Of a stretch of 64,000 nt of DNA, positions 1-9,366 are shown piece after piece; the first letter of the stretch is position 1; each line of letters opens with the position of its first letter. Origin of the DNA: Syntrophorhabdaceae bacterium. Its GTDB lineage: Bacteria > Desulfobacterota > Syntrophorhabdia > Syntrophorhabdales > Syntrophorhabdaceae. The stretch covers positions 384,001 through 448,000 of the forward strand of contig CAXXUO010000002.1 of NCBI GenBank assembly GCA_963666485.2, written 5' to 3'. The translations under genes and the position numbers were made by a program. The notes under the pieces were generated by a model. It was not told the DNA's origin, did no database searches, and saw only the letters and a program-made list of their open reading frames with translations.

Positions 1-368
1 GCGGTCCTCACACCTTTCCCGAAACGATCGAGAAACCTTCCCCCCATCACGAAACCCCAGCCGGATGCGGCGCCAATGAGAGGCTTCGACAAAGCGGAGA
101 GCATGTATCCTGCCACCATAAAAGGCTTTCTTTTCTTGAACCTGTCTGAAAAATAGCCGGAAAAGACACGCAGCAGGTTGGCCGTGGACTCGGCAATGCC
201 CTCGATCAACCCTACGATGGTGACGGGCGCATTGAGGACCGTGGTGAGGAAGATCGGTATCACCGGGTAGACCATCTCTGAAGAGATATCGTTGAGAAAG
301 CTGACGAGGCTTATGGCAACGATATTCCTGTTTATCCCCCTGAGCGCATTCCTGAACATCTCCCGCAT
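1..368 (-). CDS. MFS transporter (5' part; runs off window start)
   Basis: Manual translation from ATG 368: MREMFRNALRGINRNIVAISLVSFLNDISSEMVYPVIPIFL...SGYFSDRFKKRKP...GRFLDRFGKGVRTA; hydrophobic helices plus MFS motif-A-like GxxSDRxxRK. Not in ORF track. Confidence 0.85.
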   Translation of the reverse strand, partial: MREMFRNALRGINRNIVAISLVSFLNDISSEMVYPVIPIFLTTVLNAPVTIVGLIEGIAESTANLLRVFSGYFSDRFKKRKPFMVAGYMLSALSKPLIGAASGWGFVMGGRFLDRFGKGVRT

Positions 369-462
369 AGAACTACTCTAAATTGCCATTGCCGATAAAT
401 CAATGGTGCCCGCCCGCTTACCTGCCGTGACCTGTTAGAGTGTTCATATCTTAAAGAACCGT

Positions 463-502
463 GTCCCATTTCCTGGGATTCCCCGTCCCGTTTTTTGGGA
501 TT
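463..502. promoter_or_regulatory. Tandem palindromic boxes, candidate bEBP upstream activating sequences
   Basis: GTCCCATTTCCTGGGATT (463-480) and GTCCCGTTTTTTGGGATT (485-502), each TCCC-N7-GGGA, 22 bp apart, about 130-170 bp upstream of a sigma54 motif. Confidence 0.55.
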
Positions 503-633
503 TGAGGCATGGTCATCAGCCGGTATGTGATGGCAGCGCCCTGACAGCTTTTCTGCAAAACTATATGTAAAACCTTAATTTTCAAAAGTTTTACATAACC
601 CGCGGTCTCCCCGACAGAATGTGCATAATTGTC

Positions 634-649
634 TGGCATACATTCTGCA
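634..649 (+). promoter_or_regulatory. Sigma54 (-24/-12) promoter of flp/tad operon
   Basis: TGGCATACATTCTGCA = GG-N10-GC with TGGCA...TGCA consensus, 50 bp upstream of flp ATG. Confidence 0.7.
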
Positions 650-699
650 ATCTTACCCGCCGTCTCATATTCATCACATTTTGAGAGGAGGTTTTGGAA

Positions 700-864
700 A
701 TGGATAAGTTCAAAAGATTCATGAAGGACGAGAAGGGCGTTACCTCTCTGGAGTACGGCCTGATCGCAGCCGTGACATGCGTGGCAATCCTTGCGGGACT
801 CGCAATCGTCAAACCCAATCTGCAGACCATCTGGACAACGATCGGGGGGGCGCTCACGCCGTAA
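700..864 (+). CDS. flp: Flp family type IVb pilin (54 aa)
   Basis: MDKFKRFMKDEKG|VTSLEYGLIAAVTCVAILAGLAIVKPNLQTIWTTIGGALTP; G|xxxxEY Flp motif, hydrophobic stretch, SD GAGGAGG, first gene of tad locus; too short for ORF track. Confidence 0.93.
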   Translation: MDKFKRFMKDEKGVTSLEYGLIAAVTCVAILAGLAIVKPNLQTIWTTIGGALTP

Positions 865-876
865 CCACGTACGGCC

Positions 877-907
877 GGACATGGCATGCCCTGCGCATGC
901 CATGTCC
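877..907 (+). other. 13-bp perfect stem-loop after flp (mRNA-stabilising or attenuating hairpin)
   Basis: GGACATGGCATGC-CCTGC-GCATGCCATGTCC, no U-tract. Confidence 0.6.
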
Positions 908-948
908 CTAATAAGCTGATCGGGGCAATCTACATGCAAGGATATCAC

Positions 949-1461
949 ATGACCATTATTCTGACTATTACACTGGCAACGGTAATTGCTGCATTGATAT
1001 ACGACCTGAAAGAGGGCAGGATCCCTAACTGGATAACGTTACCTGCCATGTCCGCCGGGATAACGTACCATTTCTGTTCGACCGGAATTCAAGGCCTTGG
1101 GTTCAGCGCCGCGGGGCTCATTGTTGGTTTCTCCCTGTTCCTTGTTTTTTACATCATGGGGGGGATGGGCGCAGGAGATATAAAGCTTATGGGGGCCCTC
1201 GGCGCCCTGCTCGGCCCGGGCGATATCCTTTTAGCCGCTTCTTTCACGGCCATCGCGGGCGGTATCTATGCGTCGGCCCTTCTTCTCCAGCGCGACAACC
1301 GGAAAACCCTGATAGTGTACAAGGCATGGATAAAGGGTATCGCTGTGACCAAGCATTTCACCCACATACAGGAGACCGCACAGACGATCCCGCTGCGCTA
1401 TGGTATCGCGATCGCTGCGGGCACTATGGCGTTCGTTATGCAAAAGATAGTGTTCAACTAG
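949..1461 (+). CDS. cpaA: Prepilin peptidase, A24 family (CpaA/TadV)
   Basis: YDLKEGRIPNW and GGMGAGDIKL aspartyl motifs, TM segments; ATG 949 after AAGGA. Confidence 0.9.
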   Translation: MTIILTITLATVIAALIYDLKEGRIPNWITLPAMSAGITYHFCSTGIQGLGFSAAGLIVGFSLFLVFYIMGGMGAGDIKLMGALGALLGPGDILLAASFTAIAGGIYASALLLQRDNRKTLIVYKAWIKGIAVTKHFTHIQETAQTIPLRYGIAIAAGTMAFVMQKIVFN

Positions 1462-1510
1462 GAGCAAAAATAGAGACCGTTACAAAAAAAAGGACTGTGA
1501 AGGTGACACC

Positions 1511-2356
1511 ATGACAAAAAAAATACCGGTACTGGTCCTCGGGGCCGGCGTAGTGATCGCACTCATCATAAGCCTGGCGAGTTATGCGTTCCTCAACAAG
1601 AAAGCGCAAAACCGTTTCAGGTCACAGGAGATAGTAGAAGTGGCCGTAGCCGGGGTCGACATGCCGTGGGGTACGGTGCTGACGAAGGTGGCTGTCAAGT
1701 CTGCACCGTATCTCAGAAAAAGCCTCCCCGACGGATACCACCTGAAACCGGCGGACCTTGAAGGCCGGGTGCTCATCCACCCGATAAAAGCAAACCAGCC
1801 GATCTTCGAATCCAGTCTCGCCCCATCATCCATCAAGAATGGCGGCATCTCTGCGGTCGTCACCCCCAACAAGCGTGCCATGGCCGTAAAGGTCGACAAC
1901 GTCGTCGGGGTGTCCGGCTTCATATACCCGGGCAACAGGGTCGATGTCCTCGTCACGCTGAAGGACCGGGCGGATTACAAGAACATTATCACCAAGATAG
2001 TCCTCGATAATGTCCTTGTCCTGGCAGCGGGGCCTGAGGTCGAGACCACGGGGAAACAGGAGAAACCGACAAAGGTTGATGTCATAACCCTCGAGGTCAC
2101 CCCGGAAGAGGGGGAGAAGCTGGCCCTCGCAGCGACAGAGGGCAAGTTGCAGCTTGCCCTGAGAAATAGCGGCGACACGGCAAAGGTTACCACCAAAGGA
2201 ACGACCATACCCGTTCTCCTGTCCGGTGACGCACCGGGAAACGTGAAACCGGCGCCAAAGGTCAAGTCATCCGGCACACAAAAACACGCATACACCGTAG
2301 AGGTCATTCACGGCAACAGGATCACAAATCTGATATTTGAGGGGGGTACCCGGTAA
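1511..2356 (+). CDS. cpaB: Flp pilus assembly protein CpaB/RcpC
   Basis: N-terminal TM, SAF-like domain, KRAMAVKV...GVSGFIYPGNRVDV, ITLEVTPEE, LQLALRN. Confidence 0.92.
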   Translation: MTKKIPVLVLGAGVVIALIISLASYAFLNKKAQNRFRSQEIVEVAVAGVDMPWGTVLTKVAVKSAPYLRKSLPDGYHLKPADLEGRVLIHPIKANQPIFESSLAPSSIKNGGISAVVTPNKRAMAVKVDNVVGVSGFIYPGNRVDVLVTLKDRADYKNIITKIVLDNVLVLAAGPEVETTGKQEKPTKVDVITLEVTPEEGEKLALAATEGKLQLALRNSGDTAKVTTKGTTIPVLLSGDAPGNVKPAPKVKSSGTQKHAYTVEVIHGNRITNLIFEGGTR

Positions 2357-3945
2357 TGTTCCGCCTGAGAGATACATTCCAACCATGCAACATATTCATT
2401 ATTTTCATGGCCGTTCTTTTGACAGGACCTTTTATTTCCTATGCGGCATCTCCCTCGCATATAAAGATGAAAGATATCGAGCCGGAGAGAATAACCGTCC
2501 CGGCAGGAAAATCGATCATTGTCGATACTGCGCAGGCCGTAAAGAGGGTCGCTGTAACGGAACCGCCTGTCGAGCGAACGGACAGGTCGGTCAGTGCTGA
2601 CCAGTTTACCGCTTCACAGGCGCCCGGGCAAACGGCAGCCGCAGCAAGGCCCGTCGCATTGCCATCGGCAGGTGGACGCGTCCCTGTCGTCACCGCAAGG
2701 GTTATAAGCCCTCGCCAGATCTACATAAACGGCAGGATACCGGGGTCTGCCAGCATCACTCTCTGGGGCCAGGGCGATGCCGTCATCGGTGTCCTTGACG
2801 TGGAGGTCGTACCCGACCTCAACAGGCTGAAGGAAGAGGTGCATACCCTGTTCCCCGGGGAAAAAGGCGTGCGCATCAGTTCATCGCTCGAGCATGTCAC
2901 GTTGTCGGGAACAGTATCCGGCCTCGCGGTCGCAAACCAGGTCCTCGAGCTTGCACGCGCATACGCCCCGGACAAGGACGGCAAATCGAGGATAATCAAT
3001 TTGCTTGAGGTCGGCGGTGTTCAGCAGGTCATGCTCGAGGTGAGAGTGTCCGAGATGTCGCGAAGCCTCGCACGGCGGCTGGGGTTCAATTTTTCGTTCA
3101 TAAGCCAGAGCGGCAAGCAGTTCGGACTGTCCCTTCTCAATAACCTGACATCTTTGCCGCGTGAAGGCTGGCCGGGCAACCCGCTCAACGTCACGAGCAA
3201 CGTTAACGGGATCCTCAATTTCCTCGGGGACGGGGCAACCTGGACGGTATTTATCGACGCTCTGAAAGAGAACGGCCTTCTCAAGGTCCTCGCGGAACCG
3301 ACGCTCATTACACTAAGCGGCAAGGAAGCACGGTTCCTTGCAGGCGGTGAATTTCCCATACCCGTCCCGCAGGGTGTCGGCGGCGGCACCACGATAACCA
3401 TTCAGTACAAGCCTTTCGGGGTTGGCCTCGCCTTCACGCCGGTGGTCCTGAGCAACGGGAAGATCAGCATGCAGGTTGCACCGGAAGTGTCCGACCTTGA
3501 TTTTACGACAGCCGTTGCCATCCAGGGGTTCATCGTGCCGAGCATAACCACGCGCCGCGTTTCAACCACGGTGGAGCTTGCTGACGGGCAGAGCTTCGCC
3601 ATAGCGGGACTCCTGAAAGAAGATACACGCGAAGTTATAAGCAAATTCCCGCTCCTGGGAGAGATTCCCGTGCTCGGCGCCCTGTTTCGAAGCAGTTCGT
3701 ACCAGAAACGAGACACCGAGTTGATCGTGATCGTGACTCCCCACCTGGTAAAACCTCTCGACACCACAAAACAGACGATACCCACGGACCAGTTCGTCGA
3801 TCCGAATGATTTTGAATTCTATCTGCTGGGAATATACGAGGGGATGGGTGAACCAAAACCGGCGGCATCACCGGCCGGACCGGCACCGCGGACCGGGAGC
3901 ACGCTCGATACGACCTTCGGGTACGTTATGCCTCAAGCGAAGTAA
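2356..3945 (+). CDS. cpaC: Tad secretin CpaC/RcpA
   Basis: QVMLEVRVSE, LAEPTLITLSGKEARFLAGGEFPIP, PLLGEIPVLGALFRS, ELIVIVTPHLV secretin motifs; BON-like segment. Confidence 0.93.
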   Translation: MFRLRDTFQPCNIFIIFMAVLLTGPFISYAASPSHIKMKDIEPERITVPAGKSIIVDTAQAVKRVAVTEPPVERTDRSVSADQFTASQAPGQTAAAARPVALPSAGGRVPVVTARVISPRQIYINGRIPGSASITLWGQGDAVIGVLDVEVVPDLNRLKEEVHTLFPGEKGVRISSSLEHVTLSGTVSGLAVANQVLELARAYAPDKDGKSRIINLLEVGGVQQVMLEVRVSEMSRSLARRLGFNFSFISQSGKQFGLSLLNNLTSLPREGWPGNPLNVTSNVNGILNFLGDGATWTVFIDALKENGLLKVLAEPTLITLSGKEARFLAGGEFPIPVPQGVGGGTTITIQYKPFGVGLAFTPVVLSNGKISMQVAPEVSDLDFTTAVAIQGFIVPSITTRRVSTTVELADGQSFAIAGLLKEDTREVISKFPLLGEIPVLGALFRSSSYQKRDTELIVIVTPHLVKPLDTTKQTIPTDQFVDPNDFEFYLLGIYEGMGEPKPAASPAGPAPRTGSTLDTTFGYVMPQAK

Positions 3946-3951
3946 GAGGAG

Positions 3952-4236
3952 ATGAAAATGAGACTGAACGTTATTGCCCTGATCATCATAATAATCGCTG
4001 TCGCTCTTCTTGGCGGCTGTGCAACGAACAGGCTGGAAACTGATTTCGGAACGTCCTACAAACTTGCCGTGATGAACCAGACATTAAATCCTGATGCTGA
4101 GAAGAATCTAAAACCTGTTGAAGGCCTGGACGGGCAGGCAGCGCAAAAAATACTCGAAAAATATCATACAGGGTTTGAAAAACAAGTACAGACTATGCCT
4201 GTCTTCTCGTTCGGTGTAACCGGCGGTGCGAGATAG
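3952..4236 (+). CDS. Small Tad-associated lipoprotein
   Basis: Lipobox LLGGC; FGTSY...QTLNPDA...GLDG pattern; position directly after the secretin. Confidence 0.75.
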   Translation: MKMRLNVIALIIIIIAVALLGGCATNRLETDFGTSYKLAVMNQTLNPDAEKNLKPVEGLDGQAAQKILEKYHTGFEKQVQTMPVFSFGVTGGAR

Positions 4237-4248
4237 GGAGGAGTAAAG

Positions 4249-4677
4249 ATGATCCGGCTATCATCCGATAAAGGAGCGGCTGCCCTCGAGGCAGCACTGA
4301 TCCTGCCGCTTCTTTTTGCTATTACCTTCGGTCTCGTCGAGTTCGGCCTCCTCATGTACAACAAACAGGTCATTACGAACGCGGCCAGGGAGGGGGCACG
4401 GCGCGGTATCGTCCAGGCCGTGCCGCGGATACCCTATTCGAACGGCACGGACGGGATCGCTGACGTGGTTCACAATTACGCCGACCGGCACCTTGTTACC
4501 TTTGCCTCTGCCAAACCCGTTCCGGACGTCACCGTCCCTGCGACCTGCAACACCTTCGGAGACAATCTCAATGTGACCGTATCCTATCCGTACAAGTTCC
4601 TCGTTGCGTCCAATTTCATCCCGGGCCTTTCCAATACAATGACGCTTACATCGGCTTCGGTGATGAAATGCGAATGA
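4249..4677 (+). CDS. tadE: TadE-like pseudopilin
   Basis: KG|AAALEAALILP pilin-like N-terminus; AAREGAR motif. Confidence 0.9.
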   Translation: MIRLSSDKGAAALEAALILPLLFAITFGLVEFGLLMYNKQVITNAAREGARRGIVQAVPRIPYSNGTDGIADVVHNYADRHLVTFASAKPVPDVTVPATCNTFGDNLNVTVSYPYKFLVASNFIPGLSNTMTLTSASVMKCE

Positions 4678-4694
4678 CCGGCAGGAGACCTACA

Positions 4695-5810
4695 ATGACA
4701 TGTTCGCGACTTATGGGAAATGAGAGAGGCGTGGTAGCGGTCTACGTTACCCTGACGCTGGCCGTTTTTCTCGGCATTGCCGCTCTCGCCGTGGATATCG
4801 GCTACATGCTTGCCGGGAAGAGCGAATTGCAGAGGACCGCGGACGCGGCCGCCCTCGCGGCGGCCCGCCAGCTCGGACACATATATGAGCCGATGCCCTA
4901 CCAGCAGCAGCTGGTCTACGATGCGACCGCCGATGCGGCGACGATCCAGGGCGCCGCCATCGACGTCGCGGCACAGAACCGCGCGGCCGGCTCGTACATT
5001 GTCATAAACAATGCAGACATTCAGATAGGCACCTGGGAGCAGGACCGGGACCCGAAATTTGTTGCCACGATGGCAAAGCCCGACGCAGTCAATGTCCGGG
5101 CCCGCCGGGACGGCACGACGAACGGTCCGATAACAACGTTTTTCGCCAAAATTTTCGGCATACGCAACCTCGGCGTATCCGCTGTCGCTACCGCCGCTCT
5201 TACGTCCGAGAGCACATCCGGGCCCGGAGGACTTCCCATTCCGATCGGGATACCGACCCGCTGGTTCGACAACCCGAGCTTCTGCGAAAGCCCCATAAAT
5301 TTTTACCCCCCGTGTAACAAGGAGCCGTGCACCAGCTCAGAAGGTTGCGCAGGGTACCACACGTACACGGATTCCCCCGCAAGTGCGGCTTTCTTGAAGA
5401 ACGTCGTTATGCCCGGCCTGGAATCGGGGGCCTATGAAGCACCGGCCACAACGGCAGGGGTCACTGACTTCAATTTCACCGGCGGGACGCTGGCCGCCCT
5501 TATGAACCCCCCGAATTACCCATTCATCTCACTTTTCAACAGCATGAAAGTGCGCAACGACGGCATCTCGGATTTCGACAATGACCCGGCAACATGGACG
5601 GCGAAGGTGATCGTCTACGAATCAGACACATGCGCGAACCCGAACCAGTCATTGAAAATTGCCGGATACGTCACGATCGTTATCACGAACGTGGTCGGCG
5701 CGCCAAACCCGACGATCCAGGGAAAGGTCCTGTGCGACAGCGTACAGGCCGGACGGGGCGGCGGAAGCTCGTACGGGACAAAGGGTTCCATACCCGGTCT
5801 CGTCCAATAG
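4695..5810 (+). CDS. tadG: TadG-like pilus protein
   Basis: NERGVVAV, ALAVDIG, ELQRTADAAALAAA; ATG 4695 after AGGAG. Confidence 0.85.
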   Translation: MTCSRLMGNERGVVAVYVTLTLAVFLGIAALAVDIGYMLAGKSELQRTADAAALAAARQLGHIYEPMPYQQQLVYDATADAATIQGAAIDVAAQNRAAGSYIVINNADIQIGTWEQDRDPKFVATMAKPDAVNVRARRDGTTNGPITTFFAKIFGIRNLGVSAVATAALTSESTSGPGGLPIPIGIPTRWFDNPSFCESPINFYPPCNKEPCTSSEGCAGYHTYTDSPASAAFLKNVVMPGLESGAYEAPATTAGVTDFNFTGGTLAALMNPPNYPFISLFNSMKVRNDGISDFDNDPATWTAKVIVYESDTCANPNQSLKIAGYVTIVITNVVGAPNPTIQGKVLCDSVQAGRGGGSSYGTKGSIPGLVQ

Positions 5811-5835
5811 GATAGAGAGAAAAAAGGAACGCACA

Positions 5836-7026
5836 ATGAACATGCTGACAGTGATGATCAAGGTCAACGACACATCGGCCCTCGCATCGATCGAAAATGT
5901 CCTTTCATCGATGGCAGGATACTCGGTACAATCCGAAAACTGCGCTCCCCGTGACCTTCTCATATTCGAGATCACGGATACGGACATTGAGGCGCAGTTT
6001 GCCTACCTCAATGAAGCAATGGCTTTGGGACGGGCTCGCCATCTCTTTCTCCTTTCGAGTGCGACCGACCCGCGGATACTTATTCAGGCCCTGAAGATCG
6101 GCGCGAAAGAGTTCTTCCCATTGCCATTGAACATAGAAGACCTCAAGGGGGCCCTGTTCAAGTTCCGGTCGGCAAGCCAGGGACCCGAGAGCCCCGTGCC
6201 CCACGCTCCTCAACGTACCGGCACCATCATCCATGTCGTGGGGAGCAAGGGCGGCGTCGGGACGACAACAATAGCGGTAAATCTTGCGCGGCATCTCACG
6301 CAGGCACCGGAAACGAAAGTTGCACTCGTCGATATGAACCTTCTCTTCGGGGATATACCGATCTTCCTCAACATGGAACACCCTCTCTTTGACTGGGCGG
6401 AGATAGCACGCAACATAGCGCGCCTCGACAGTAATTTTCTCATGGGAACACTGTACAAGCACCCGAGCGGGCTCTATGTGCTTCCCTCACCAACGGCCAT
6501 CATCGAAAGCCTCCCCTCTGTCCCGGAGATGATCACGAAATTGCTGCACATCATGAAAAGCATGTTCGATTACGTCGTTATCGACGGCGGACAGCATATC
6601 GGGGAAATGACAAAGGTGATCATGAAAACAACCGATACGATAATGATCATAGCCCTTCTCAATCTCCCGTGCCTTATCAACATCAGGAGGCTCATGGATG
6701 TCTTTTCGCGCCTGGGTTACCCGTCCGAGGATCAGATCTCGATCGTTGCCAACAGGGTCAACAAGAGATCGGCATATTTTTCCTTACATGAAGCCGAGAA
6801 AACAACACGGACCAGGATAGCGTTCAGCGTCCCGAATGATTTTCAGAACACGATGAATGCGATAAACACCGGAAGCACGCTGATGGAGGTTGCCCCGGGA
6901 TCGGAGATAAATAAGAGCATCGCCGAAATTGCCGCGTATTTTCGAAAACAGGATGTCAAACGGGATACCGGCCATCGAAAAGGCCTCTTTGGATCCTTCA
7001 GAAATGCAGTGGGGCGGGTCCAATGA
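5836..7026 (+). CDS. cpaE: CpaE/TadZ (receiver-like domain plus MinD/ParA-like ATPase)
   Basis: GSKGGVGTTTIAVNLA deviant Walker A; VALVDMNLLFGD; N-terminal QALKIGAKEFFPLP; ATG 5836 after AAGGA. Confidence 0.85.
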   Translation: MNMLTVMIKVNDTSALASIENVLSSMAGYSVQSENCAPRDLLIFEITDTDIEAQFAYLNEAMALGRARHLFLLSSATDPRILIQALKIGAKEFFPLPLNIEDLKGALFKFRSASQGPESPVPHAPQRTGTIIHVVGSKGGVGTTTIAVNLARHLTQAPETKVALVDMNLLFGDIPIFLNMEHPLFDWAEIARNIARLDSNFLMGTLYKHPSGLYVLPSPTAIIESLPSVPEMITKLLHIMKSMFDYVVIDGGQHIGEMTKVIMKTTDTIMIIALLNLPCLINIRRLMDVFSRLGYPSEDQISIVANRVNKRSAYFSLHEAEKTTRTRIAFSVPNDFQNTMNAINTGSTLMEVAPGSEINKSIAEIAAYFRKQDVKRDTGHRKGLFGSFRNAVGRVQ

Positions 7027-7057
7027 GAAGCCGGACAGTTAATCTCAAGGAGTGAAA

Positions 7058-8380
7058 ATGAACGTGCAACCAGCAGAACGGTATCAATTCGTCATGAGCG
7101 ATGAATACCATGAATTAAGAACAAAGGTCCATGACAGGCTGCTCGACATGATCGACCTTTCCATCATTGATACGGTAAGCCCGGGACAGTTGAAACAGGA
7201 GATCCGGTCGGTTGTCGAAGGCATACTGGCCCAGGACGGCTTCAAGGTCCCCATGAATTACGACGAGCGTGAGGCCCTGTGCAACGAGGTTGAGGACGAG
7301 GTCATGGGCCTTGGCCCCATTGAGCCGCTCATGCATGACCCTACCGTAACGGACATACTTGTCAACTCGTACAAACAGGTATATGTCGAAAAATACGGCA
7401 AGCTCCACCCGACCCCGATCCGTTTCCGGGATGACACGCATCTGAAAAAGATCATCGACAGGATCGTTTCCGCTGTCGGGAGAAGAATTGACGAATCGAG
7501 TCCCATGGTCGATGCGCGCCTTCCCGACGGCTCGCGCGTCAACGCAATAGTCCCCCCGCTCGCGATCGACGGGCCGAGCCTGTCCATACGGCGCTTCGCC
7601 GCTGATCCCCTGGAACTCGAGGACCTGATCACATTGAAATCGCTGACCCCCGAGATCGGCGACCTCATCCAGGGCATCGTCAGGTCGCGGCTCAACGTGC
7701 TCATCTCGGGCGGCACAGGGACGGGGAAGACAACGCTGCTTAACGTATTTTCCCGGTTCATCCCCGATGACGAGAGGATCATAACCATAGAGGATTCAGC
7801 AGAACTGCAGCTCAAGCAGGAGCACGTCGTGCGCCTCGAAACAAAGCCTGCGAATATCGAAGGCAAAGGGGAAGTGACCCAGCGCGACCTTGTGCGCAAC
7901 AGCCTGAGGATGAGGCCCGACCGCATTATCGTCGGCGAGGTGCGCGGAGGCGAGGTGCTCGATATGCTCCAGGCAATGAACACGGGGCACGACGGATCTC
8001 TCACCACCGTACACGCGAATTCACCCCGTGATGCACTCTTGCGGCTGGAGACTCTCGTCGCCATGTCGGGACTCAGTATCCCGCACGAGGCGGTACGGCA
8101 GTATATATCGTCGGCGATCAACGTCATATTCCACCTGCAGAGGTTGCTCGACGGTACACGAAAGGTCATAGCCCTCCACGAGATCGTCGGGATGGAGGGT
8201 AACATCATCACTATGCAGGAGATCTTTACGTTCGAACAGACCGGCGTACGCCCCGATGGCTCTGTCAGGGGCAGGTTCAAGGTAGCGGGGATCATGCCGC
8301 GTTTTGTCGAAAGGTTCAAAGCCCAGGGCATACCCGTCCCGAAAGAAATGTTCGGTGTGCCGGTAATGCTCGAAATTTAA
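7058..8380 (+). CDS. cpaF: Tad ATPase CpaF/TadA
   Basis: [43 protein letters not shown] 7058 after AAGGAG. Confidence 0.95.
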   Translation: MNVQPAERYQFVMSDEYHELRTKVHDRLLDMIDLSIIDTVSPGQLKQEIRSVVEGILAQDGFKVPMNYDEREALCNEVEDEVMGLGPIEPLMHDPTVTDILVNSYKQVYVEKYGKLHPTPIRFRDDTHLKKIIDRIVSAVGRRIDESSPMVDARLPDGSRVNAIVPPLAIDGPSLSIRRFAADPLELEDLITLKSLTPEIGDLIQGIVRSRLNVLISGGTGTGKTTLLNVFSRFIPDDERIITIEDSAELQLKQEHVVRLETKPANIEGKGEVTQRDLVRNSLRMRPDRIIVGEVRGGEVLDMLQAMNTGHDGSLTTVHANSPRDALLRLETLVAMSGLSIPHEAVRQYISSAINVIFHLQRLLDGTRKVIALHEIVGMEGNIITMQEIFTFEQTGVRPDGSVRGRFKVAGIMPRFVERFKAQGIPVPKEMFGVPVMLEI

Positions 8381-8390
8381 AGGATACGCT

Positions 8391-9356
8391 ATGGACTGGC
8401 TGATCGCAGCAGGACTTTTCACAGGGATCATATGCATTGTAGAGGGGATATTGCTTCTCACCCGCCACAGGTGGGACCCGGAATCGAGAAGCGTCGAAAA
8501 GAGACTCGAAAAACTGGTCCGGAACAACCCGGTGCACAATACGGGGGGCATATTGAAGAAAAGGACGTTCAGCGGTGTGCCCTACCTGAATACATTGCTC
8601 TCGAGGATCCCCCTCGTGCACAGGCTCGACCGGCTCGTGATCGCGGCGGACGTACGCGTTCCCGTCAGCGTATTCGTGTTGATATCGTGCGTGCTGGCAC
8701 TGTCCACCTATTTTATTCTTACCACCATGATGCGCAGCTACATCATGCCCGCGATCGCCGCGGCTCTTATGACAGGCGCCCCGTTTTTCTACCTGTCCCT
8801 GAAAAAACGCGAGCGGATCGCCAAGTTCCAGCGCCAGTTCCCCGATGCACTCGACCTGATGGCGCGTTCTCTTAAGGCCGGGCACGCATTCTCCGGGGGG
8901 CTCAATATGGTGGCACGCGAGTTCGATGGCCCGGTGGGACAGGAATTCCTGCAGGTTGTTCACGAGATCAATTTCGGTGCATCCATCGATCAGGCTCTGA
9001 GGAACATGGTCGACCGGATCGATGTACCTGACCTCAAGTTCTTCACCGTATCCGTGGTGGTCCAGAAGGAGAGCGGCGGCAATCTTGCCGATATACTCGA
9101 AAGTATAGCCGGGTTGACACGCGAAAGGTTCAAGCTGGCAGGAAAGATCAAGGCTTTAAGCGCTGAAGGCAAACTGACAGCGATAATATTAGCGGCATTG
9201 CCATTCGTCATTGTACTGACCCTGTCGGTTATAAACCCTGAATACCTGCCGGAAATGCTCGATGATCCGGCCGGACGGGTCTTTGTGACGGTGGCGGCGA
9301 TCATGATGGGCATCGGCATAGCGGTCACGAAAAAAATGGTCAGTATAAAGATCTAG
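8391..9356 (+). CDS. tadB: TadB (T2SS-F family)
   Basis: FPDALDLMARSLKAGH, QKESGGNLADIL, ALSAEGK. Confidence 0.92.
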   Translation: MDWLIAAGLFTGIICIVEGILLLTRHRWDPESRSVEKRLEKLVRNNPVHNTGGILKKRTFSGVPYLNTLLSRIPLVHRLDRLVIAADVRVPVSVFVLISCVLALSTYFILTTMMRSYIMPAIAAALMTGAPFFYLSLKKRERIAKFQRQFPDALDLMARSLKAGHAFSGGLNMVAREFDGPVGQEFLQVVHEINFGASIDQALRNMVDRIDVPDLKFFTVSVVVQKESGGNLADILESIAGLTRERFKLAGKIKALSAEGKLTAIILAALPFVIVLTLSVINPEYLPEMLDDPAGRVFVTVAAIMMGIGIAVTKKMVSIKI

Positions 9357-9366
9357 GGGAACGCAT

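Noticed and set aside
421..700. c-di-GMP riboswitch upstream of flp
   Set aside because: GEMM consensus elements not found; the region is better explained by sigma54 elements.
451..948. Minus-strand 165-aa and 98-aa ORFs
   Set aside because: Antisense shadows of flp and its promoter; no motifs.
7258..8331. 357-aa antisense ORF (also 13440-14348, 14875-15807, 28827-30044, 59321-60466, 60503-61450)
   Set aside because: Shadows of well-supported genes, expected from codon bias in GC-rich DNA.
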